In this document: in pieces, positions 56,614-64,000 of the stretch
Numbering within the stretch: the first letter of the stretch is position 1
Layout: each line of letters begins with the position of its first letter
Source of the DNA: Nitrospirota bacterium
GTDB lineage: Bacteria; Nitrospirota; UBA9217
Direction of reading: 5' to 3'
DNA length: 64,000 nucleotides
NCBI GenBank assembly: GCA_963845065.1
Contig: CAWJQQ010000002.1
Span: forward strand, 288,001-352,000
The notes under the pieces: model-generated
What the model saw: only the letters and a program-made list of their open reading frames with translations
Told to the model about the DNA's origin: nothing
The model's database searches: none
Translations under genes and position numbers: made by a program

Positions 56614-56643
56614 GTAAGGCGTGTGCGTGAGGGCACATCGTCG

Positions 56644-58971
56644 CTACACATTCTCCACCATCTCCCACACTCCGCAGGGACATATGCCGGCACAGAAACC
56701 GCAGCCGATGCACTTCGATTCATCGACGACATATTCGAAAGACTTGTTCGGGAGTTTCCTTCTCGCGATGGCGCCGTAGTAACACGACTGTTCGCACATG
56801 CCGCAGTCCCTGCAGGAGCCGCAGGACATGCAGCGGTCGGCTTCCTTTTTCGGTGAAAATTTTATATCGCTCAGTCTGCAAACTTCATAATATTCGGTTT
56901 TGATCCTCTCGTAGGGGATCATGCGTCGCTCTTCGGGCACGTAATCGGTATTCATGAGCAGAGAATGGACTTTATCCGCGGTGACCTTGCCCGCTCCGAT
57001 GGCGTGGGTCACGAGACCGGGCTTGGTTGCGTCGCCAATAGCAAAGACCTTCACGTCAGAGGTCTGGCCGAGATCGTTGACCGTGATGTAGCCCCGGTCG
57101 GTGTTAATCGATGCAGGCAGGAAGTCAAGTACCGGTTTCTCGCCGATCGAGACGATCACCATATCCGCGTCGAGCAAAGTGCCATCCTTAAAAATGATTT
57201 TTTTTGCCTTGGCATCATATTTTTCAGTAACCTTCGGGAAGAGTACTCGCGTGCCCTTTGACGAAGCCAGCTCCATTTCTTTGCCGAATGCAGCCGGCTT
57301 TTGGATGTCAACGCACGTGACAAGTGAGGCGCCGTGGTCCCAAGCCTGGCACGCGATGTCCATGCCTACATTGCCTGCGCCGATCACAACGACCTTCTTC
57401 CCCTTTACGCTCCGGGGTTTACCGAAATTGATCTCCTTCAGGTAATCGATGCCCTTTACCACGTCCTCGTGTCCCAGGAAAGGAATCACACGGCCTTCCT
57501 GGGCGCCCACGGCGATGACTACCACATCGTGGTTCTTATAGATGTTCTCGAATTTCGATTTGTCAACCTTGGCCCTGGTCTGGACGTTTACCCCGATCTC
57601 GGCAAAACGTGCAAGTTCTTTGTCCAGGATCTTCTTGGGCAAGCGTTCGCGGGGGATGCACATCTCCAACTTTCCGCCGATCTTGGGCGATGCTTCAAAA
57701 AGGTCAACGCTGTGGCCCTTGAGGCCGAGTTGCCATGCTACCGAGAGACCGCCCGGTCCGCCGCCGATCACCGCAATCTTGCTGCCGGTTGCTTTCGCTT
57801 TCTTCGGCGCCTTCAAGTTCAACGCAGCTGACCCGTATTCTTTAATGTTTAACGGCTTATCAACCCTGCCGCGAGTGCAGTCGGTCATGCAGAGGTTCGG
57901 GCAGATCGTCCCGCAGACCGTTGCTGGGAGCGGGCTGTACTGGAGCACTAGACTGAGGGCTTCAGCCGTTCTCCCCTGTCTCAAGAGAGCCGCGCGCTTA
58001 TGCGACGGGATGCGCGATGGGCAGGCATAGGCGCAGGGCGGAAGGTACATATCGTTCTTCCACATCGGCTTCCAGCGCCGTTCTTCGCCGGTGGTTACGT
58101 ATGGAAGCACGGAGCGCTCGTGGGTAAGATAAGCGCCGAACATGCCGCCCATTCCCACTTCTTTTTCCCACACATTCAATCGATACTCGGTGAGCCCCAT
58201 CTTGAGCTTGCCTTTTACCTTTGCCTTCTCGGCAGGAGTAAAGGCAATGAGCTTCTTCCAACTATTGATATCTTTTGTCAATTCTTCATAGTATGAATTT
58301 CGGTCAATGGCCGCAAGATATAGCTTCATGTTCGTGGTGAGCCACTCCCAGTCCTGCTCCGAAAGGTCAACGAGCTTCACGTCGTTTTTACTATATTCTT
58401 TGATGGGCCCTCTGAAATAGATCGTACCGCCCACCATGCCCACGCAGGGACGGTATCCCAGAATATTTTCTGGATCGCGGGGATTCACGCCGCAGACCAC
58501 AGCTATACCGCCGGCTTTGAACTCGGCAAAAGAGTCACCTACGCCCCGGAAATACCAGGACTCCAGGTCTGAAAGGCGCGGGTTCTTCTTCGTCATGGTG
58601 TCGCAGCGCGCTCCACCGCCGCCCTGGACATAGAGCTTGCCCTGAGCGCCTGCGTTATGCGCCCCGTTCGCCACGTCGCCCAGGACTGTTATGGTTGCGC
58701 CGCAGTTCAGCCAGCCAGCGTCGTCCGAGGACGAACCCTTTACCAGGATCTCCGTCCCCTCCATGCCCATGCTGCCCACACGCTGGCCGGAAGTACCTTC
58801 AATGGTGACACTCACCCTGCCGTACTGCGGCCAGATGCGTCCGCCAATGCCGTGCTGGCCATCGGCAACGATGGTGAGTTCTTTGGCGCCGTCCTTGATG
58901 GCTTTCTGGATCTTTTCTTCGAGGTTTTTCGAAGTGACCCGTTTTCCGTCAATATTGCCTTTGATTATCAT
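56644..58971 (-). CDS. Glutamate synthase subunit: GXGXG (GltB domain III) + GltD-like FAD/Fe-S + ferredoxin
   Basis: N-terminal GXGXG repeats, CAYACP, GGGPGG, GAGNVG, C-terminal CxxCxxC clusters. Confidence 0.88.
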   Translation of the reverse strand: MIIKGNIDGKRVTSKNLEEKIQKAIKDGAKELTIVADGQHGIGGRIWPQYGRVSVTIEGTSGQRVGSMGMEGTEILVKGSSSDDAGWLNCGATITVLGDVANGAHNAGAQGKLYVQGGGGARCDTMTKKNPRLSDLESWYFRGVGDSFAEFKAGGIAVVCGVNPRDPENILGYRPCVGMVGGTIYFRGPIKEYSKNDVKLVDLSEQDWEWLTTNMKLYLAAIDRNSYYEELTKDINSWKKLIAFTPAEKAKVKGKLKMGLTEYRLNVWEKEVGMGGMFGAYLTHERSVLPYVTTGEERRWKPMWKNDMYLPPCAYACPSRIPSHKRAALLRQGRTAEALSLVLQYSPLPATVCGTICPNLCMTDCTRGRVDKPLNIKEYGSAALNLKAPKKAKATGSKIAVIGGGPGGLSVAWQLGLKGHSVDLFEASPKIGGKLEMCIPRERLPKKILDKELARFAEIGVNVQTRAKVDKSKFENIYKNHDVVVIAVGAQEGRVIPFLGHEDVVKGIDYLKEINFGKPRSVKGKKVVVIGAGNVGMDIACQAWDHGASLVTCVDIQKPAAFGKEMELASSKGTRVLFPKVTEKYDAKAKKIIFKDGTLLDADMVIVSIGEKPVLDFLPASINTDRGYITVNDLGQTSDVKVFAIGDATKPGLVTHAIGAGKVTADKVHSLLMNTDYVPEERRMIPYERIKTEYYEVCRLSDIKFSPKKEADRCMSCGSCRDCGMCEQSCYYGAIARRKLPNKSFEYVVDESKCIGCGFCAGICPCGVWEMVENV

Positions 58972-59052
58972 TGTTCCCTCAAAAAAGTAGATACTAATCG
59001 GAAGGAAATTCTGTTTCCTGTCCCTGCATGCTATCTACTGTCCATTGCATCG

Positions 59053-60708
59053 TTAACAGACGTAGCTGATCTGCAGCCGGTCCGCAATTTCTTTGTCGTT
59101 CACGCCTAGAGCATCGGACATGCCGATCGGAAGTTCGGTACTACGGCCCAGCGGAGCAAAAATCTTTTTGAGTTCCACATCCGCAGCCTTGAACACCTCC
59201 ACCACGCGCTCGGCAACCTTGTCCGGGTCGAGCCGACGGTAAAGTTTAGGGTCCTGCGTAGTAATGCCGCGTGGGCATTTCCCAAGGTTACAGACGTTGC
59301 AACGGTTATACTCATCGCCGAAGCAACCTGCTGCTGCCTGCATCATGTACTTGCCGGTGTCGACTGCTGAAGCACCGAGCATAATTAGCGCAGCTGCGTT
59401 CGCAGCCAGATTGCCACCTTTCCCCACGCCGCCTGCGGCGATAAGAGGAAGCTCGTTCTGCTTGCCCTGTTTCACGAGATCGAGGTAGCAGTCGCGGATG
59501 TTGGACGCGATTGGATGGCCCATCTTATCCATCGAAACGTTGTACGCTGCGCCGGTGCCTCCGTCCTCCCCGTCGATGCAGAGGGCCGCGGCATAGGGGT
59601 TCCGCGCGAGGTTGTTCAATACTGCACGGGCAGTCTTGGTGCCTGAGATTTTCGGATAGACTGGCACGCGGAAGCCCCAAGCCATGGACATGGACTGTAT
59701 CATCTTTGCAACAGCTTCTTCGATGGAGTATTTGGTCTGGTGTGTGGGCGGCGATGCCAGGTCGACGAACTGTGGCACTCCGCGGATTTTCGCGATCAAG
59801 CCGAGAACTTTATAAGCCTGGAGCAAGCCACCGTCGCCAGGCTTTGCGCCTTGGCCGTATTTGATCTCGATGGCAGCAGGATCTTCACTCATATCAGGAA
59901 GAGCACGAATAATCTCGTCCCAGCCGAAGTAACCCGACGCGATCTGGAGGATGAAGTATTTGATGTAGCGTGACTTCAGAATGCTGGGGGGCATTCCGCC
60001 CTCGCCCGAACACATGACCACGGGCATCCCCTCGACCTCATTCAAATAGGTAATTCCCATTGCAAGACCTTCCCACATGTGCGGTGATAGAGCGCCGATG
60101 GACATGCTGCCTATGCGGATGGGGTAAATCTCCCGCACCGGCGGGATGAAGGTGTGATTGCTGATCAAAAGCTTATCGCCTTCGACCTTGAGCGGGAGCT
60201 GTTCTGCAGGAAGGTTCCTGCCCAAAAGCGTCCGAACACGGAACTCATGACGACCGGCGTCCAAGGCTGGGTCAGTCAGCATCGAGATGCGTGTGAATTT
60301 AAGCTTGTCTAGCGTTGACTGTGATGGATCGTTCCTACGTCCACCACGCATAAAAGGTATGCCGCCCTTGTTCTTATAGTGATAGAGCTTGTGCTGGAAA
60401 TTATACTCGGGAAAGATGGCGTCCGTGGGGCAGACGAGCGAGCAGGTCCCGCAGCCGATGCAGTAACGGTCGATTTCCGTCACCTGGCGCACTACCTGAG
60501 TAAGCCTGCGCGCAACTTTGGGCTCAGGGGTCGTGCCCTCTGAGGACACGACGCGTTGCGTGTATACGGTGGCCTCGATAGACTTCATGGGACAAACGGC
60601 GGTGCAACGTCCGCAACGGGTGCAGCGGTCCTCGCGCCATTGAATAATATAGGGCAGCTCTTTAAGCGATAGCTGATGGTTTTTATCTAACCGTGAAGCT
60701 GATTCCAT
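59053..60708 (-). CDS. Glutamate synthase FMN-binding subunit with N-terminal 2x[4Fe-4S]
   Basis: SMSIGALS, SGEGG, QIASG, IEIKYGQGAKPGDGG, CPRGITTQDP. Confidence 0.92.
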   Translation of the reverse strand: MESASRLDKNHQLSLKELPYIIQWREDRCTRCGRCTAVCPMKSIEATVYTQRVVSSEGTTPEPKVARRLTQVVRQVTEIDRYCIGCGTCSLVCPTDAIFPEYNFQHKLYHYKNKGGIPFMRGGRRNDPSQSTLDKLKFTRISMLTDPALDAGRHEFRVRTLLGRNLPAEQLPLKVEGDKLLISNHTFIPPVREIYPIRIGSMSIGALSPHMWEGLAMGITYLNEVEGMPVVMCSGEGGMPPSILKSRYIKYFILQIASGYFGWDEIIRALPDMSEDPAAIEIKYGQGAKPGDGGLLQAYKVLGLIAKIRGVPQFVDLASPPTHQTKYSIEEAVAKMIQSMSMAWGFRVPVYPKISGTKTARAVLNNLARNPYAAALCIDGEDGGTGAAYNVSMDKMGHPIASNIRDCYLDLVKQGKQNELPLIAAGGVGKGGNLAANAAALIMLGASAVDTGKYMMQAAAGCFGDEYNRCNVCNLGKCPRGITTQDPKLYRRLDPDKVAERVVEVFKAADVELKKIFAPLGRSTELPIGMSDALGVNDKEIADRLQISYVC

Positions 60709-61796
60709 ACTTTAGCCTCCCGCGCACCGGGCGCGATGATCACCATGTCGTACTTCATGGGGAAGATGTCCGTTGACCTGTCCCGGTCTGGGATCGCGCT
60801 GTCAATGCCGCAGACCTCAGACATGAGTGCGAACTTGCCGGGCTTGCCGCCCACAGCGCCAGGCCGAAGCTTTTTCGAGTCCTGCACCATAAAGACCGTG
60901 CCGTCGGGAGTGAACCCGATCACGCAGTTCGGACCGTCGATGCAGAGGGGACGAAGAGATTTCTTGAGAAGTCGGAGCGCGGCAGCGTCGGAGCGTTGGT
61001 TGATCTCCGCGTCTTTCATTGGCGTGATGATGTCTTTATAATATTGGAGCGGATACCCGAGGGACCGGTTCGTATAGTGCATGATGTGCGTAAAGACCTC
61101 GGAGTCAGAATTGTAGCCCATATAACCCGGGTTACCCCGGCCCATTAGAAATTCACGGATCGGTACAAAAGCCGTATTTTCTCCATTCGTCATCGTTGCG
61201 TATCCCTGAATGAAGAAAGGATGGCAAGCATAGAGATAGATGGCGTAATTAGTGTTTTGCCTTCCCTGGGCCAGGACGATCTTCGATTTGAGTCCAGCCT
61301 GTTCAAGACCGAAAAATTCGCCGAGTTGCAGAGGGTCTCCTACTTCCTTTAGCGTCAGCACATCGGGATAAAAGGAGAAGACGAAGAGAGACCCGTCCGG
61401 TTCACCCATAAGCCGCAGCGCGAGCCGTGTGTGCATGAGCAGGTCTTCCTGCTCCGATTTCGGTCGTTCCTGATACACAGCAGGATAGTCATACACCTTG
61501 GCGATGTAGTGCTCGCGGCGTTCGACACCAGGAACGTTCTTGATGGGCGGCTCCCAAGAGAACTTTTCGAGGAAGCCTTGGGATTTCATGTAGGCCTCTA
61601 GCATGCCAAGGCCATTGTTCGAGCAGATGGCTGACAGAGTAGGGTATTTTTTGAATTCCGCGAAAGGCCCCGCCAAGTCCCTAAGCATAAGACCGAGGCC
61701 AGACCCGTCATGGCCTTCCTTCATGGTCTCGAGCGAATGAATATTCTCCATAGGGGAGATGTAGTCGCTCGACGTTATTGCACTCAACCGGCACAT
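60687..61796 (-). CDS. Glutamate synthase class-II glutamine amidotransferase subunit
   Basis: N-terminal MC nucleophile, R.NTN, HPF, NGEN, SDSE, LRP. Confidence 0.9.
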   Translation of the reverse strand: MCRLSAITSSDYISPMENIHSLETMKEGHDGSGLGLMLRDLAGPFAEFKKYPTLSAICSNNGLGMLEAYMKSQGFLEKFSWEPPIKNVPGVERREHYIAKVYDYPAVYQERPKSEQEDLLMHTRLALRLMGEPDGSLFVFSFYPDVLTLKEVGDPLQLGEFFGLEQAGLKSKIVLAQGRQNTNYAIYLYACHPFFIQGYATMTNGENTAFVPIREFLMGRGNPGYMGYNSDSEVFTHIMHYTNRSLGYPLQYYKDIITPMKDAEINQRSDAAALRLLKKSLRPLCIDGPNCVIGFTPDGTVFMVQDSKKLRPGAVGGKPGKFALMSEVCGIDSAIPDRDRSTDIFPMKYDMVIIAPGAREAKVWNQLHG

Positions 61797-61915
61797 TCTT
61801 GCACTCCTGTCCTTTGGTCGTTATGTTTCTGAGGGATCTGGTTCGGGATTCGTTCCGGTGGGATAACCCTCTGGATGCAGATGCAATCGCTCCTGCACAC
61901 TTTTTCAGCAAAGGC

Positions 61916-61943
61916 AAAAAAAGCCCCTTAGTCGGGGGCTTTT
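61916..61943 (-). terminator. Terminator-like hairpin in the glutamate synthase leader
   Basis: AAAAGCCCCCGACTAAGGGGCTTTTTTT, ~30 nt downstream of TTGACA-N18-TATTGT (62003-61974). Confidence 0.6.
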
Positions 61944-62174
61944 AGCACTCGGAGAACATATCCAAGTTTAAATACAATACACCTGATTGTGTTAAGCTGT
62001 CAAGCCGAAATTTCGATGTACTCCCGGAAAAACAGAGGGATAGTAGGCGTCTAGGGCGTCGTTCGCATCAAAAAGTATGATATTTCAGCGGAGCCCCTCT
62101 TTTAATGATGCTGCGGATGAGGGCCAGTATGGCGGCACATGCGTGGCACAGTTTATTGCGGGTAAAAATCTTTA

Positions 62175-62214
62175 TTTCACTTCCCGCCTTCTGTTGCGAA
62201 GGCGGGAAGTGAAA
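62175..62214 (-). terminator. Strong hairpin after the DUF2892 gene
   Basis: TTCACTTCCCGCCTTC-N6-GAAGGCGGGAAGTGAA. Confidence 0.7.
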
Positions 62215-62216
62215 CG

Positions 62217-62408
62217 TTACTGGCACTTCTTACAGGTTTTTATGCCGAGGAGCGCATAGGGTGCGCACCAGCCCATGACACCCGTGGTAAGCGGTATGAT
62301 TCCTAGGTAAGCCCAATTGGTTTTCGGCCCCACAAAAGCGAGAGAAATGATGAATAAACCCGCGATTACCCTGAATGTTCTTTCCCATGATCCGACATTT
62401 TTCTTCAT
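62217..62408 (-). CDS. DUF2892 (YgaP-like) membrane protein
   Basis: MKKNVGSWERTFR..GWCAPYALLGIKTC, GGAGG RBS. Confidence 0.92.
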   Translation of the reverse strand: MKKNVGSWERTFRVIAGLFIISLAFVGPKTNWAYLGIIPLTTGVMGWCAPYALLGIKTCKKCQ

Positions 62409-62499
62409 AATCTGTTCCTCCTTAATTTATGTATGAGCCGGCCAGCTGTCGCAGAGCCGTTTGCTGCTTGGCACCATACCAGATCAAAAGACTAATGTC

Positions 62500-62514
62500 T
62501 GTGACTTTGTCACA
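62500..62514. promoter_or_regulatory. Crp/Fnr-type palindrome TGTGAC-N3-GTCACA
   Basis: Perfect palindrome upstream of the DUF2892 gene, next to a Crp/Fnr regulator gene. Confidence 0.65.
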
Positions 62515-62519
62515 TTTAT

Positions 62520-62904
62520 CGTGCCTGGCCAAGAGGACCCCACCAAACTACGTTTTGGTTGAGAATGAATTGGTACTTTTGCTATCTATCGATAACTCAA
62601 CACTTGACAACCTGTAATAATTTACTAAAATAGGAATCAGTTCTTTGCAATCAGTATGGAGTTGACACCAGTATTTGGGTGGTATCGTAAAACTGATTCC
62701 CATAGCGCAACATGACTTATCTGTGATTTGACATGAGTTCGCAGATGGTATCTTAGAACGATACGTACAACATGTAAATCACCGCCGAGTTTGCGAGAGG
62801 AAACTCTCGTGAGTGACACTGCATCTTCCAAGCGGTTGGCTATCCCTAATAAGGAACCACATTCTTGGAAGCCCCAACCAATATTTGGTTGCGGGAGCAT
62901 TCAC
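62520..62904 (+). mobile_element. Protein-free IS200/IS605 mini-element, copy B
   Basis: TTTAT|CGTGCCTGGCCAAG..ACCAAA..TTTTGGT..ATGAATTGG left end. TTGACA-N16-TAAAAT at 62604-62631. Multi-stem RNA. RE GAAG-CCCCAACCAATATTTGGTTGCGGG-AGCAT-TCAC. Confidence 0.85.
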
Positions 62905-62906
62905 TG

Positions 62907-63536
62907 TTACAAAAGAGTTATCGAATTCCGGGAGAGCTTGACCTGCTGTTTTCGCTCAAAATCCTTGAGCAGGCGGCTGATTACTTCGCGGGAAGTGCCG
63001 AGGTCATTGGCAATCTTCTGATGGGTAGTCTCGAGACTGCGGTCCTTAGACTTGTCGAGGAGATAGTCCATAAGTCGCTGGTCCATTCTGCCGAACGCCA
63101 CTTCCTCAACGAGTTCCATGACGCTTGCGAGTCGTTGGCTGAGAAGCGTAAATATAAAGGCCCACATCTCCTCATTTTCCATGACAAACCTTTTAAAATC
63201 GGAAGAGGGCACAAGAAGCAAGTTTACATCTGAGACGGCGACGGCATTTGCCGGATAGGAAGTATGGGAGAGAATGCAAGAGGCATTCAGGATGCAAGTC
63301 TCTCCTGGGCCAATTTCGTAAAGTGTAATTTCCCTGCCTGTTTCCCCGATCTTATATACCCGAATCTCACCTAAAAGGATAAAAGCAATGGCCGTGCACG
63401 TATCTCCTTCGGCATAGATTCGGGCATTACGGGGTATCGACTGCAGTCGGCCGGCCGCAATCATTGCGGGCACGACATTTTGCAGTCTGCCGCGAAAAGT
63501 CGGAAAAGCATTCAGAAAGTCTTCTTTAGTTACCAT
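62907..63536 (-). CDS. Crp/Fnr family transcriptional regulator
   Basis: GREITLYEIGPGETC, THQKIANDLGTSREVISRLLK HTH. Start may be 63536 or 63587. Confidence 0.93.
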   Translation of the reverse strand: MVTKEDFLNAFPTFRGRLQNVVPAMIAAGRLQSIPRNARIYAEGDTCTAIAFILLGEIRVYKIGETGREITLYEIGPGETCILNASCILSHTSYPANAVAVSDVNLLLVPSSDFKRFVMENEEMWAFIFTLLSQRLASVMELVEEVAFGRMDQRLMDYLLDKSKDRSLETTHQKIANDLGTSREVISRLLKDFERKQQVKLSRNSITLL

Positions 63537-63701
63537 AGTGTACCTGTTCACCGCGTTCGTTATTATACCGAGTTTCTCCGTCCGCACAAATAAAATAAGC
63601 AGCAGGAACTCCTTCCGGGTTCATCGGCTTATATTTCCGCCACAAGTTACGCGTGGCGTCCGAGCAGATTATTCCCAATCCTTCGGTGTTCCTTCTCGTC
63701 A

Positions 63702-64000
63702 TTACGACAACTCTCCGAGATCGTATGGATTGGAGAGAGGTTCTAGGCAGATATTTTGGCTGCATGGGATAACGCGGTCAAGATTGTCCCCGTAAACGAT
63801 CGCTGCATACAATTTCCCTGTGAGAGCGCGGGCAGCGACGGCGAGATCGCTCCCCGGCGCTGCTTCAACTGTGAGTTTAAGCATTCGGTATGAAGCATCG
63901 AGGCTGCAGAAATAGGTTCCCGCATGCACACCGATTTCTCGCGCAAAACTGGCAAAAAGCCTGAGCGATTGCTCGCCAAGCAGCCGATATTCGTCGTTGC
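63702..64000 (-). CDS. C-terminal part of a probable thioredoxin-domain (YyaL/DUF255-like) protein
   Basis: Open frame from the window edge: NDEYRLLGEQSLRLF...VIPCSQNICLEPLSNPYDL*. The terminal C-x4-C-x2-P motif resembles YyaL. Confidence 0.55.
   Translation of the reverse strand, partial: NDEYRLLGEQSLRLFASFAREIGVHAGTYFCSLDASYRMLKLTVEAAPGSDLAVAARALTGKLYAAIVYGDNLDRVIPCSQNICLEPLSNPYDLGELS

Noticed and set aside
61942..61950. TTAGCACTC CIRCE half-site
   Set aside because: No second half at N9 spacing, and not upstream of a heat-shock gene.
62905..62922. Resemblance of copy B guide (TGTTACAAAAGAGTTA) to the flank of TnpB element 1 (TTACAAAAAGTTAC, 21010-20997)
   Set aside because: Short AT-rich gapped match. 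The guide is simply the Crp gene 3' end, so this is likely chance.

Overview
Bacterial chromosomal window of mostly housekeeping genes. Gene content suggests a Nitrospirota/Desulfobacterota-like anaerobe, but that is inference only. Minus strand 1-13.2 kb: cysS-rlmB, tRNA-Thr/Tyr/Gly/Thr, tuf, rpmG, tRNA-Trp, secE, nusG, rplKAJL, rpoB and the start of rpoC. Then come hemE-hemH-hemY, groESL with a perfect CIRCE, ftsEX-envC-ctpA, a split transketolase, tRNA-Leu(CAA), a Mo-oxidoreductase (iorAB-like) with mocA, gap-pgk-tpiA-secG, ABC transporters, mgtA, dcd and a three-gene glutamate synthase. The unusual content is intergenic: the window is saturated with IS200/IS605-family material. There are two intact TnpB-only elements with IS608-like ends (TTAC target, TCAG right end). 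There are two copies of a ~385-bp protein-free element carrying both IS ends, its own sigma70 promoter and a highly structured ~270-nt RNA, a candidate mobile stand-alone omegaRNA/guide cassette. There are also several single-hairpin LE/RE fusion scars and two IS607 remnants. Several of these right ends supply the TGA stop codon of the host gene in the same frame as the TAA they inserted at. An ORF-less, degenerate group II intron lies at ~21.9-22.6 kb. No CRISPR array was seen, and no Y1 (IS200-type) tnpA.
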